64,000 nt of DNA from Candidatus Vogelbacteria bacterium (GTDB lineage: Bacteria; Patescibacteriota; Minisyncoccia; Phycocordibacterales; XYD1-FULL-46-19): the NCBI GenBank assembly GCA_016188295.1, contig JACPIA010000003.1:30-64029 (forward strand), written 5' to 3'. Positions 46,664-55,965 of the stretch are shown here, in pieces (the first letter of the stretch is position 1; every line of letters begins with the position of its first letter). The notes beneath the pieces were generated by a model, which saw nothing but the letters and a program-made list of their open reading frames with translations, ran no database searches and was not told where the DNA came from. Made by a program: the position numbers and the translations under genes.

Positions 46664-46915
46664 CTACTTTATACTCTCTATCAACAAAAACTTCAACCTT
46701 TCTTTTCCTTTGCCAGTCTTGAGAAACAATTCCTCTCTACGTGCATCTTTTTCTGATACAAAAGCTTGATAATAAACCAATTTCCACGGGCCATTATTAC
46801 TGGTAAATTTACTATTACCTAACGAGTGTTCTTTAACTCGTCGCTTTAAATCAGCAGTAAAACCTTTGTATAATTTATTATTTCTCAAGCTTCTTAAAAC
46901 GTAGACATAATACAT
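46664..46915 (-). CDS. GIY-YIG nuclease superfamily protein (UPF0213-like)
   Basis: MYYVYVLRSLRNNKLYKGFTADLKRRVKEH is a GIY-YIG motif. The start is trimmed to the internal Met. The track ORF is 46664-46993. Confidence 0.7.
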   Translation of the reverse strand: MYYVYVLRSLRNNKLYKGFTADLKRRVKEHSLGNSKFTSNNGPWKLVYYQAFVSEKDARREELFLKTGKGKERLKFLLIESIK

Positions 46916-47044
46916 AAATTGTCCACTCTCAGCCCTAGGCTGATCGGCCTTGGGCCGAAGCCACCCCTCCGTATTACTGCAACACACCGGCAATTTAACA
47001 CATCTAGAGCAGTAAGGCTAGCTTAAAATTTAACACAAAATTAA

Positions 47045-47072
47045 CCCGGCGATGTGTACCCGCATCGCCGGG
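47045..47072 (-). terminator. candidate intrinsic terminator (minus strand)
   Basis: CCCGGCGATGtgtacccgCATCGCCGGG followed on the minus strand by TTAATTTTGTGTT. Confidence 0.4.
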
Positions 47073-47074
47073 TC

Positions 47075-47332
47075 TTAGATTGAGAATTCTTGGTTGTTTT
47101 CAAAACGGTTAGCAAAATCAGTTGCGCCACCATTTCGAATAAAATGCATCACAGCCTCGTTATCGCTTGGCGGATGCTGGAGAGCAATACCTGCAAACCA
47201 GCGATTCTCCGGCCCGAGCGCTTCCCGCTTCTGTACCTCTAAGAATTGTCTCAACCCTTCTGGTGTCCTACGATCAATTGGAGTTGACATGACTCCCCTC
47301 CTTTGTGACCGTTCCTGTCTCCAACATACCAT
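47075..47332 (-). CDS. hypothetical small protein (GC-rich)
   Basis: 85-aa ORF with GC content above the local background. The true start is possibly MSTPIDRR. No known domain. Confidence 0.3.
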   Translation of the reverse strand: MVCWRQERSQRRGVMSTPIDRRTPEGLRQFLEVQKREALGPENRWFAGIALQHPPSDNEAVMHFIRNGGATDFANRFENNQEFSI

Positions 47333-47424
47333 TTCTTAATTATTTGCAAACCAACTAATCCACACCTCCATTTTAAATCAATAATCATTTATTTTATCTC
47401 TTATTGCCCCTTCTTCATCCCTTT

Positions 47425-47469
47425 CAATTGTACCATCTTCCAGTGATCACGTTTACTTGGTACAATTGA
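47425..47469. repeat. P3 palindromic direct repeat, left copy (caATTGTACCAtcttccagtgatcacgtttactTGGTACAATtga)
   Basis: 10-bp perfect inverted arms AATTGTACCA/TGGTACAATT around a 22-nt core containing GTGATCAC. A second copy lies at 48070-48113. Confidence 0.8.
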
Positions 47470-47475
47470 TCTAAA

Positions 47476-48051
47476 ATGAAACATAAAACCAATAACATTA
47501 AAAGGGTTTATAGCCCCATGAAGCAAAAAATAATACTTTTACTTCACGCCGGCATTGCCTTATCCTTAACTCGTACCGCTAAAAAACAAATCTATCTTTT
47601 AAAAACCACACATCGAAAATGGCAAAAAATCGAAAAAAGAAAGCTTTATCGCTTAATTCGTGAATTTCACCATGAGCGACTAGTTGATTGGCGAGAGTAT
47701 AATGATGGTAGTATTAGCATCACCTTATCTCAAGCTGGCAAAAAACTAGCGCAAAAATTTGATTTTGATAATATGACTCTTCCGCAATCAGGACGATGGG
47801 ATAGGAAATGGCGAGTAGTGATGTACGATATTCCTCAACCAAAACAGGCTACTCGTGATGCTTTAAGGTCAAAATTAAAAGAATTAGGTTTTAAAGAATT
47901 CCAAAAATCCGTTTTCATTTACCCCTACTCTTGTTGCGATGAAATCAATTTTATTATTGAATTTTTTGATATTAGACCATATGTCACCTTTGGTGAGTTA
48001 GTTAATCCAACCAATGAAGCTTCATTAAAAATGAGTTTTGGTGTTAAATAA
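47476..48051 (+). CDS. wHTH plus Cas2-like (Cas2/VapD-fold) domain protein, paralog A (PaaX-like architecture)
   Basis: C-terminal RWRVVMYDIPQPKQATRDALRSKLKELGFKEFQKSVFIYPY matches the Cas2 core pattern (hhhYDh..kr..kv.k.L...G.r.Q.SVF). The N-terminal roughly 100 aa is a basic helix-rich domain. About 45% identical to 58811-59374. Confidence 0.55.
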   Translation: MKHKTNNIKRVYSPMKQKIILLLHAGIALSLTRTAKKQIYLLKTTHRKWQKIEKRKLYRLIREFHHERLVDWREYNDGSISITLSQAGKKLAQKFDFDNMTLPQSGRWDRKWRVVMYDIPQPKQATRDALRSKLKELGFKEFQKSVFIYPYSCCDEINFIIEFFDIRPYVTFGELVNPTNEASLKMSFGVK

Positions 48052-48069
48052 ATTTTTAAAAATAAATCT

Positions 48070-48113
48070 AATTGTACCATCTTCCAGTGATCACGTCTAC
48101 TTGGTACAAGTTG
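48070..48113. repeat. P3 palindromic direct repeat, right copy
   Basis: 41/44 identical to 47425-47469. Confidence 0.8.
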
Positions 48114-48188
48114 TGATTTTATAGGATTCAATTTATCTAGCGACCTAACTAATTTGGTGTTTATTTAAATTAGTACTATAATTTTAAG

Positions 48189-48545
48189 ATGAACAGGTTT
48201 GGGTTGATTGGATTAATAGTGGTAATTATTGTGGTCGGCTTAATTGCTTGGCAATATGAAATCCCGTCCAGCCAAACACCGACTATCAGTGATCTTAATC
48301 AAAACAAAGTGGAGCCTGGCACTATTAGAGTGGAGGGTTATGTGGTTAAAAAATCTATTAAGAGTGGTAACATTATCATTTCCCAAACTAATGAATCCCT
48401 CACTGATTACACCCAATTAACTGATGATGATTTGATTATTTACCTCGATCATCCCGATCGCTATAATCTGGGCCAAAAATATACTTTCGAGTTAATGTTG
48501 GAAAGTTACGACAGCCAAGGCCACCCAATCTATAGTTTGAAATAG
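48189..48545 (+). CDS. hypothetical membrane-anchored protein
   Basis: 118 aa with an N-terminal TM. Precedes the GspE-like gene. Confidence 0.45.
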   Translation: MNRFGLIGLIVVIIVVGLIAWQYEIPSSQTPTISDLNQNKVEPGTIRVEGYVVKKSIKSGNIIISQTNESLTDYTQLTDDDLIIYLDHPDRYNLGQKYTFELMLESYDSQGHPIYSLK

Positions 48546-48553
48546 ACTGCCCT

Positions 48554-49768
48554 ATGGCCGCCGAGGCAATTACACAAGAATTAGCGCGAGGCGGATCTGT
48601 CTCTATTATTAATTTAGTTAATTGTTTGATCAGCCAAGCGGCGGAAGTGGGTGCCTCTGATTTACATCTCGACCCATCAGAGTCAGGACTGGAAGCGCGT
48701 CTGCGTATTGATGGCGTGCTGGAGGATTTATGTCACATCCCTAAAGAAATTAAGTCTGAAGTAGTCTCCCGGATTAAAGTGGTCGCCGGTCTCCGGACTG
48801 ATGAGCACCAGATGCCACAGGATGGCCGCTTCCGCCACCTTTTCCCTAACCAACACTTTGTCGACATCCGCGTCTCGATTGCCCCAACGTACCATGGTGA
48901 GAATGTGGTTTTGCGCCTACTCTCCGACAAGGCTGAGGATTTTAGTTTAGGGATGTTGGGGTTTAGTGAGAGTGATCAAGTAAAAATTGGCCAGGCAATT
49001 AAAAAATCAAGTGGGATGATTTTAGTCACCGGGCCCACTGGTTCTGGCAAAACCACTACTCTATACACTTTAATTAAAATGCTTAATTCTAAAAGCGTTT
49101 CGATTATTACCGTCGAGGATCCAATTGAGTATGCCATTTGTGGCATTAAACAAATTCAAGTTAACCCACGCGCCGGCCTCACTTTTGTCACCGGCCTCCG
49201 GACCATTTTACGCCAGGATCCTAATATTATTATGGTCGGCGAAATTCGCGATGTCGAGACCGCCAGCATGGCCGTCAACACCGCTTTAACCGGCCACTTA
49301 TTACTTTCGACCTTACACACCAACGATGCCGCCACTACCCTACCGCGCTTGTTGGATATGAAGATTGAATCTTTTTTAGTCGCCTCCACTGTTAGTGTCG
49401 CCATCGGCCAACGCTTAGTCCGCCGGATTTGTAGTAAATGTAAAGAGAAGATAATAGTCACCCCAGCTCTAGCTCAAAGTTTGGCCGCTATTTGTTTAGC
49501 TCAACCGATATTAAGTGGCGAGATTTTTTACCGAGGTAAGGGTTGTGAGTATTGCCACCACAGTGGTTACACTGGTCGACTAGTAATTAACGAGGTCTTA
49601 GTCGCTACTCCTAATTTACGCGAAGCGATTTTAAACAAAGCCTCGGCTAGCCGATTAAAACAAATTGCAATCACCGAAGGAATGACCACTATGATCGATG
49701 ACGGTTTTATTAAAGCACGCTCCGGCCAAACTACCATTGAGGAAGTCTTACGGGTGATTCATGAATAG
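48554..49768 (+). CDS. GspE/PilB-family secretion ATPase (short form, ComGA-like)
   Basis: Walker A GPTGSGKTTT, Asp/His boxes and a tetracysteine CSKC...CEYCHHSG, 404 aa. Lacks the long N-terminal domain. Confidence 0.8.
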   Translation: MAAEAITQELARGGSVSIINLVNCLISQAAEVGASDLHLDPSESGLEARLRIDGVLEDLCHIPKEIKSEVVSRIKVVAGLRTDEHQMPQDGRFRHLFPNQHFVDIRVSIAPTYHGENVVLRLLSDKAEDFSLGMLGFSESDQVKIGQAIKKSSGMILVTGPTGSGKTTTLYTLIKMLNSKSVSIITVEDPIEYAICGIKQIQVNPRAGLTFVTGLRTILRQDPNIIMVGEIRDVETASMAVNTALTGHLLLSTLHTNDAATTLPRLLDMKIESFLVASTVSVAIGQRLVRRICSKCKEKIIVTPALAQSLAAICLAQPILSGEIFYRGKGCEYCHHSGYTGRLVINEVLVATPNLREAILNKASASRLKQIAITEGMTTMIDDGFIKARSGQTTIEEVLRVIHE

Positions 49769-50837
49769 ATTATTTCAACATCACACCAAGTGGTCGATTA
49801 AAGAACAATCGTTTTTTGCCAAACGATTATCGTTTTTAATGAGCGCCGGTTTGCCACTTTTAGATAGCCTCCAACTTTTGCATCGACAAACCAATGTCCG
49901 TTCGCGCTCAAATAAAGTGCTGGATACTTTAATTGATGATATTGCCAGTGGTTATTATTTGTCTAAAAGTTTAGCCCGCTTCCCCACTATTTTTGGCCAG
50001 TTTGCGGTTAATATTGTCAAAATCGGCGAGGAGAGTGGTATCTTAAGCCAAAACCTCAATTACCTCGCCGCCGAATTAAAAAAGAAGCAAATTCTCCGCC
50101 GTAAAATAATCAGCGCTTTAATTTACCCAATAATTATTACTTTGGCCACTTTAGGCATCACCGCTTTTTTGATGATTTACCTTTTTCCTAAAATTATGCC
50201 GATTTTTACCAGCCTCCGTGTCGACTTACCATTAAGCACTAAAATAGTGATTGCGATTAGTAGTTTTTTGCATCACTGGGGACTAGCTTCTTTAATCGGT
50301 TTAAGCTCTAGTTTGATTATTTTAGCAACCACCATTAAAAAGAATCGACCAATCAGACGCTGGTATGAAAAATTATTATTAAAATTACCGGTACTGGGGA
50401 CCATGATTAAAAATTACAATTTAGCCAATGCCAGTCGGACCTTGAGCTTATTACTCCAAAGCAATATGACTTTAAATGGCGCCTTAGCGATCACCGCCGA
50501 AACTAGTGAAAATCTAATCTTTAAAAACACTTGGCAAACTTGGGCAGAGATCGCTAATCGGGGCGAGTGCCTGGATTTTGCTTTAAATAAAGAAGGAACC
50601 AAGGTCTTGCCCGACATTTTTAAACAATTAGTCTCGGTTGGTGAGGTCAGTGGCAACTTAGCCGACACTTTAATGTATTTATCCGAGCTTTACGAGCAAG
50701 AGCTGGATGATATTACCAAAGATTTATCAACGATGATTGAGCCGGCCTTAATGATTTTTATGGGCTTATTAATCGGCTTTATCGCCATTTCGATTATTAC
50801 TCCAATTTATAGTTTGACCCAAAATTTACATGGCTAA
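49761..50837 (+). CDS. GspF/PilC-family platform protein (ComGB-like)
   Basis: Duplicated GspF domain and 3 TM segments, 358 aa. Confidence 0.75.
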   Translation: MNRLFQHHTKWSIKEQSFFAKRLSFLMSAGLPLLDSLQLLHRQTNVRSRSNKVLDTLIDDIASGYYLSKSLARFPTIFGQFAVNIVKIGEESGILSQNLNYLAAELKKKQILRRKIISALIYPIIITLATLGITAFLMIYLFPKIMPIFTSLRVDLPLSTKIVIAISSFLHHWGLASLIGLSSSLIILATTIKKNRPIRRWYEKLLLKLPVLGTMIKNYNLANASRTLSLLLQSNMTLNGALAITAETSENLIFKNTWQTWAEIANRGECLDFALNKEGTKVLPDIFKQLVSVGEVSGNLADTLMYLSELYEQELDDITKDLSTMIEPALMIFMGLLIGFIAISIITPIYSLTQNLHG

Positions 50838-51309
50838 AACTGGACCTGCCCTGAGCTTGTCGAAGGGTTTTACTTTGATTGAAATTGTTTTGGCACTTGG
50901 TTTAATTGTCTTCGTCGCCGGTTTTGCTTTAACTATTGACTATCAGCGTTACCAAAAGCAGTCACTAAAGACCGAACAACAAACCATAATCACCCTATTA
51001 CAAACCGCTCGTTCCCAAGCTATTAATAATATTGGCCAATCTTCTCATGGCTTAGTAATTTATCCACCAGATGAACCGCAAAATTATGTTTTATTTACGG
51101 GGACAGATTACAGTACTAGTGACCCAACCAAAAATCAAATTATTGAGTCTGGTTATAACTGGGACTTAGCCTCTACCTCTTTAAGCCAGGTGATATTTAA
51201 TCAATTAAGTGGTGATGTAAATACGGCCGGAGAAATTATTTTAATCGATCCTGTTAGTAATAACACTAGCACTATTTCTGTAAATCATGAAGGAGCCATC
51301 AATTGGTAA
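50830..51309 (+). CDS. prepilin-type pseudopilin/pilin
   Basis: N-terminal [21 protein letters not shown]. Confidence 0.6.
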   Translation: MAKTGPALSLSKGFTLIEIVLALGLIVFVAGFALTIDYQRYQKQSLKTEQQTIITLLQTARSQAINNIGQSSHGLVIYPPDEPQNYVLFTGTDYSTSDPTKNQIIESGYNWDLASTSLSQVIFNQLSGDVNTAGEIILIDPVSNNTSTISVNHEGAINW

Positions 51310-52714
51310 TAATTGCGGTTTTAGTACTTTAGAGATAACGCTCGCCTTCGCGATTATGAGTCTCGCGCTTAGTGGTGTCGTTTTTGCTTTGTTTGGGACT
51401 AACTACTGGACCATTGCCGCCCAAAGGCACACCACTGCCATCACCGAAGCTGAAGCTAAGTTAGAAGCTTGGCACCACTTAACGCAAACTGATTTCCTCT
51501 CGGCCAGCTCGAGTGAAATTAGTGATCTCTCCCCCTGTATCAAAGAGGTCGCAGTAAAAATAAGCTGGCAAGTCACTCCTTATCCTACCAGCACTGTAAC
51601 TTTATTTAGTCTATTGACTAATCCTAGCGAGGCTAAAGCCTTGGGTGGTGATTGTTTATTCAACGAGCCTAGGGCTGATTGGTCTAATCCCATCTTAGCC
51701 TCGAGTACTACTTTTAGCTCTCGCCCCTTAGCGATTGACATTTTAAACGAAACTACTTATTTAGCCACTGATCAAAGTCCTTATTTTAAAATCATTACCG
51801 CAAGTGGTGAGCAAACTTTCGCAAATTACTTTCAGGTGGGCGATTTAATTAATGATTTGGATGTAGTTTATAATCCAGACACTCAAAAAACTTATGCTTA
51901 TGCCGCCATAGCCTCATCGACTAATCAATTCCAAATTATAGAGGTGACTGACCCACAAAATCCGGTTTTAATAGCCAGTCGATCGTTATATGGTGTCGAC
52001 CCCACCGGCACCGCCCCTGAAGGTTGGCGTTTAACTTATTATGACCACTTTATTTACTTAACTACCCGTTTTACCGCTGGTCCAGAATTCCACATCTTTG
52101 ACGTTACTGATAACACTAATCCATTTGAGATTAGTGTTGGTAGAAATTTAAACACCTCTGTTTATGATTTAGCAGTTAGAGATCAGACAATCAATGCGAC
52201 AACTTATCGCTTAGCTTATATGGCTACCACTCAAGACAGCCAGGAATTACAAATCTTAGATGTCACTGACCCCACTACAATCCAAACTTTACCTAGTCTA
52301 AATTTACCAGACAGCTCAGCTTGCGTGTCCAATGAGCCTGATACTAAGACGATTTTCATTGCTGGTTATACTGCCTATGTCGGTCGAGAGAATTTAACCA
52401 ATTGTGCCACTTTACCTGATTTATACTTAATTGATATTAGCAACCCCATCGCCACCACTAGTATTAAAGCAAGCGCCAATCTCGGTACTAGTGTCATTGG
52501 CCTTAAAGTCAGCGGACAAAATATTTTTGTTGCCACAACCAATATAACTAATCCGCCAGCCAGTAAACTCCTAGATCTTAATGGAAATTATCTTTATTTA
52601 GCCAAAGATAAAGCTAGATTGGTTGAGATTTGGCAACAAAACCAAACTGTTTTAACTAAAATCGGTACTTACACTGCCAGCCTCGAACCCTTACAACTAA
52701 TTACCTCTCCATGA
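51287..52714 (+). CDS. prepilin-like N-terminus plus large LVIVD-repeat (beta-propeller-like) domain protein
   Basis: N-terminal GFSTLEITLAFAIMSLAL and repeated motifs of type QIIEVTDPQNPVLIA / LQILDVTDPTTIQTL / LYLIDISNPIATT (LVIVD-like), 475 aa. Confidence 0.5.
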   Translation: MKEPSIGNNCGFSTLEITLAFAIMSLALSGVVFALFGTNYWTIAAQRHTTAITEAEAKLEAWHHLTQTDFLSASSSEISDLSPCIKEVAVKISWQVTPYPTSTVTLFSLLTNPSEAKALGGDCLFNEPRADWSNPILASSTTFSSRPLAIDILNETTYLATDQSPYFKIITASGEQTFANYFQVGDLINDLDVVYNPDTQKTYAYAAIASSTNQFQIIEVTDPQNPVLIASRSLYGVDPTGTAPEGWRLTYYDHFIYLTTRFTAGPEFHIFDVTDNTNPFEISVGRNLNTSVYDLAVRDQTINATTYRLAYMATTQDSQELQILDVTDPTTIQTLPSLNLPDSSACVSNEPDTKTIFIAGYTAYVGRENLTNCATLPDLYLIDISNPIATTSIKASANLGTSVIGLKVSGQNIFVATTNITNPPASKLLDLNGNYLYLAKDKARLVEIWQQNQTVLTKIGTYTASLEPLQLITSP

Positions 52715-53139
52715 CTAAACAAGGTTTTACTTTAATCGAAGTGATTATTTATATTGCCTTATTTGGCTTATTAATTGGTGGCGCTTTAGTCGCCACTTAC
52801 GAGATAATTTCGAGCGATAATCATCAACAATTAGCCATTATCACCGCTCAAGACAGTGCTTTCATTAAGGCTAAAATCACTTGGGTCTTAAGTGGTGCCA
52901 CTAATATTTATAGTACTGGTAATAGTTTAGTTATAGATAACCCGAGCCTGGGCCTAATCACCCTGGAGGAGGTAGACCATAACTTAACGATCAAACGTGG
53001 ATCAAACCCAGCCTTACCATTAAATAGTAGCTTATTGAAAATTACTGATGTTAATTTTATCGTCACCACCAGTAGTGTAACCACTAATTTAATAACCAAC
53101 CAAAAACCTTTTATTTTTATAAACTATTTACATTATTAG
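52711..53139 (+). CDS. prepilin-type pseudopilin
   Basis: N-terminal TKQGFTLIEVIIYIALFGLLIGG. Confidence 0.55.
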   Translation: MTKQGFTLIEVIIYIALFGLLIGGALVATYEIISSDNHQQLAIITAQDSAFIKAKITWVLSGATNIYSTGNSLVIDNPSLGLITLEEVDHNLTIKRGSNPALPLNSSLLKITDVNFIVTTSSVTTNLITNQKPFIFINYLHY

Positions 53140-53156
53140 TCTGTATAGTAGAAATA

Positions 53157-54290
53157 CTAGCGAATTAAGTGATCGAAGATCTGGGATATTTGAGGAGCGA
53201 GGTGGTCCCAGTTGTAATTGTTTTTAATTAGAGCGCGGGCCATGTTGATCACCTCCCAGACTTGTTGTTGGTTATCGGGGTCTGTAATGTAGCTAACTTT
53301 TTCAGCTAGTTTATTAGCATCATCAACAGGCACTAAAAAACCAGTTTGATTGTCTTTAAGAAAGTCTAGTATCCCCCCCACTGGCGTAGCAATCACTGGC
53401 ACCCCAGCAGCCATCGCCTCTAGAAAAGAAACGCCTAAACCTTCAGAACGTGACGGGCGAACAAAGACACTGGCTTGGTTTAACTCACTAAATAATTGAT
53501 GATTAGGCACATTGCCTAAAAATATCACCTTATCTTCTACTTTTAATTTTTTAGTTAATTGTTTTAAATTAACCTCCTCGGGACCACCACCAGCAATACG
53601 TAATTTAAAATTACTGGGTAATTTAGCTAAAGCTTGGATAATAATATCTACCGCATTTTTGTGAACCAAGCGCGAGGCAGTGAAAATAATTTTTTCGGTC
53701 CTAGTATCTAACCGCTCTTGATCGCAATAAAAAGTTTTTAAATCAATACCATTAGGCACTACTGTAACTGGACAAGTAGCACCCATACGCTTCGCCCAAT
53801 CAGCCAAATAGTGCGAAATACATTGAACATGATCAGCTTTCGTAAATATTTTTTTAAACCACCACCAAGCACCGAGCATTTTCATTTTAGTCTCTAAAGC
53901 CTTGAGATCATCGCCTTCTTGTAAAGAGAGCAGGTAAGGAGTGTTGAGGTTAGCTTTTTTAAACGAAGTGGCAGCCAGACCACCGTAACTAGCCATCATC
54001 GACCATACCAAAGCTGGCTTATTTTTTTTAGCTAACCACTTAGCGTAAGTAGCACCTGTTAATACCAAAACAAATTTATCTAGTTTAGTCCCCCAACCCA
54101 AGCGGTGAATAGTAACATTACCTATACTTTCTTTAGCTGGTAATAATCGCTTAAATCGTGCGGTGATAATCTCAAATTGATACTCCGGTAGACGTTTGAT
54201 AATTTCTGTTAAAGCCACTTCCGCACCGCCAATTAGTGGCCAATAAGCAGTAGTAAAAACAAAAACACGCTGAGACATATTATTTACCAT
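53157..54290 (-). CDS. glycosyltransferase family 1 (GT4-like)
   Basis: GT-B fold with the E-x7-E context (RPSRSEGLGVSFLEAMAAGVPVIAT), 377 aa. Confidence 0.75.
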   Translation of the reverse strand: MVNNMSQRVFVFTTAYWPLIGGAEVALTEIIKRLPEYQFEIITARFKRLLPAKESIGNVTIHRLGWGTKLDKFVLVLTGATYAKWLAKKNKPALVWSMMASYGGLAATSFKKANLNTPYLLSLQEGDDLKALETKMKMLGAWWWFKKIFTKADHVQCISHYLADWAKRMGATCPVTVVPNGIDLKTFYCDQERLDTRTEKIIFTASRLVHKNAVDIIIQALAKLPSNFKLRIAGGGPEEVNLKQLTKKLKVEDKVIFLGNVPNHQLFSELNQASVFVRPSRSEGLGVSFLEAMAAGVPVIATPVGGILDFLKDNQTGFLVPVDDANKLAEKVSYITDPDNQQQVWEVINMARALIKNNYNWDHLAPQISQIFDHLIR

Positions 54291-55944
54291 CTACTTTTAA
54301 CATCGAGCGGAGCTGGTCCTCGGGTATCTCTTTGGTTGTTTGAGTCATTGGTTGACTTGATGTAGGAGCCGATGTCGGTGCTGGCTTAGTCTCAGTCAAC
54401 ACATCATTAAGCGCCGCTCGAAGAGCATCTTTATGTTTACCAGTATCTTTGGATTTTGGCGCAACAGCAACTAAGGTATTTAATGAAACCTTAGCTTCTG
54501 GTACAGCTCGTTCTAATTGAGGTTTAGGGGTAATTGGTGCGGGCGCCGGTGTGGCTACTTGAACCACCGGTGCTGGAGGTGGTGTTGGTGGCTTGGGTTT
54601 AGGTATAGATGTTGCCCGAGGCTTTGGTACGGGTTCTAACTTAGGTTCACTATTACCCTTCTCATCATGAAATTGCCCGATCACCTCTTCTACTTTGATT
54701 CGAGGCTGAGAGTAAGTCTGGCGCGACCACTCCACAATCTCGGCTTTAAAGTTATTCTCGGCCGGCACAATTGGCGGCAAAGTCACGGCCGAGAATGGCC
54801 GAGATCCGACTCCATCGATCATTAAAGTCAAATAAATTTGAGCAAAACCTAAATTGACCAGATCCTCGGCGGTAAATACCGGGGCAAAGATCTTTTCTAA
54901 CAATTCCGCATCTAGTGGCCCAACCCGAAAGGCAATCGTAGTACCAACGTTGCCAAATACCGCACTGCGCACCGTTTCGGGCATTTGCTCAACATATTGA
55001 TGAGCGATCGTTAACGACAATTTATATTTGCGGGCTTCGGATAAAATATCAGCAAAAGTGTCATTAACAAAAGACTGGAACTCATCGACATATAAATAAA
55101 ATGGTGGCAACCGGCGAATCTCATTGTCGCTAACATTGGCTCGCGACATCGCCCCTAAATAAAGTTTAGTGATTAAGAGACTACCCAACAAACTGGCATT
55201 TTGCTCACCAATTAAACCTTTAGATAAGTTGATGATCAAAATCTTTTTTTGATCCATTAATTGGCGAATATCAAAATTAGATTTAGGCTGACCAATAATA
55301 TTGCGAACCAGCGGATTGGAAGTAAATTGACCGATTTTGTTTTGAATCGCCGGCACCGCCTCGGCGGCAAATCGCTCGGTATAACCGGCATACTCTTTAA
55401 CCCAATAACTTTTAACTGACGGGTCGGTAATATTAGCAATCACTTTATTGCGATAATCCTTCTCGGCAAGCATTTTATTAATACCGAGCATGGTTGATCC
55501 CGGATACTCCAATAGAGCTAAAATGGTATTCTGTAAAATATACTGCATTCGATCGGAGAAACTCTCTTCACCAAACAGTTTTTTGAAAGCACTCATGAGG
55601 CCAGACAACACCAAGTGACGTTGATCTTTGCCCACATCCTCCATTACATTAAAAGCAATCGGATAATCAAGGTCGAACGGTGCAAAATAAACGACATCTT
55701 TTATCCTTTCTTGTGGCACATAATCCAGCAGCAAATCAGCGGTCTTGCCGTGAGGATCAATAAAGGCCATCCCCTCACCATTTTTAATGTCTTGAATCGC
55801 CAAATTCTCGAGCAAGGTCGATTTACCCATACCGGTTTTACCGATAATGTAGACATGTTTAGACCGATCCTCGGCTTTAATACCAAAAGTCGTCTTTTTG
55901 CCCCGGAAATCCGTTTGAGCAAAATAATTAATAAGAGAGGTCAT
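54280..55944 (-). CDS. TraD/VirD4-like (type IV coupling protein family, FtsK/HerA-superfamily) P-loop ATPase with Pro-rich C-terminal tail
   Basis: Walker A YIIGKTGMGKST, Walker B YLYVDEFQ and an IAHQ motif. C-terminal low-complexity PKPKPPTPPPAPVVQVATPAPAP. Confidence 0.5.
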   Translation of the reverse strand: MTSLINYFAQTDFRGKKTTFGIKAEDRSKHVYIIGKTGMGKSTLLENLAIQDIKNGEGMAFIDPHGKTADLLLDYVPQERIKDVVYFAPFDLDYPIAFNVMEDVGKDQRHLVLSGLMSAFKKLFGEESFSDRMQYILQNTILALLEYPGSTMLGINKMLAEKDYRNKVIANITDPSVKSYWVKEYAGYTERFAAEAVPAIQNKIGQFTSNPLVRNIIGQPKSNFDIRQLMDQKKILIINLSKGLIGEQNASLLGSLLITKLYLGAMSRANVSDNEIRRLPPFYLYVDEFQSFVNDTFADILSEARKYKLSLTIAHQYVEQMPETVRSAVFGNVGTTIAFRVGPLDAELLEKIFAPVFTAEDLVNLGFAQIYLTLMIDGVGSRPFSAVTLPPIVPAENNFKAEIVEWSRQTYSQPRIKVEEVIGQFHDEKGNSEPKLEPVPKPRATSIPKPKPPTPPPAPVVQVATPAPAPITPKPQLERAVPEAKVSLNTLVAVAPKSKDTGKHKDALRAALNDVLTETKPAPTSAPTSSQPMTQTTKEIPEDQLRSMLKVDGK

Positions 55945-55965
55945 TTGTTTATAGTATAGCCAGTT

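Noticed and set aside
46921-46980. Short similarity (agccacccctcc) to the 5-prime end of tRNA-Ser about 300 bp away, which might be a tRNA-fragment att remnant.
   Set aside because: Only about 12 bp. It concerns the 5-prime rather than the 3-prime tRNA end and lies inside or just upstream of the GIY-YIG ORF. Probably coincidental.
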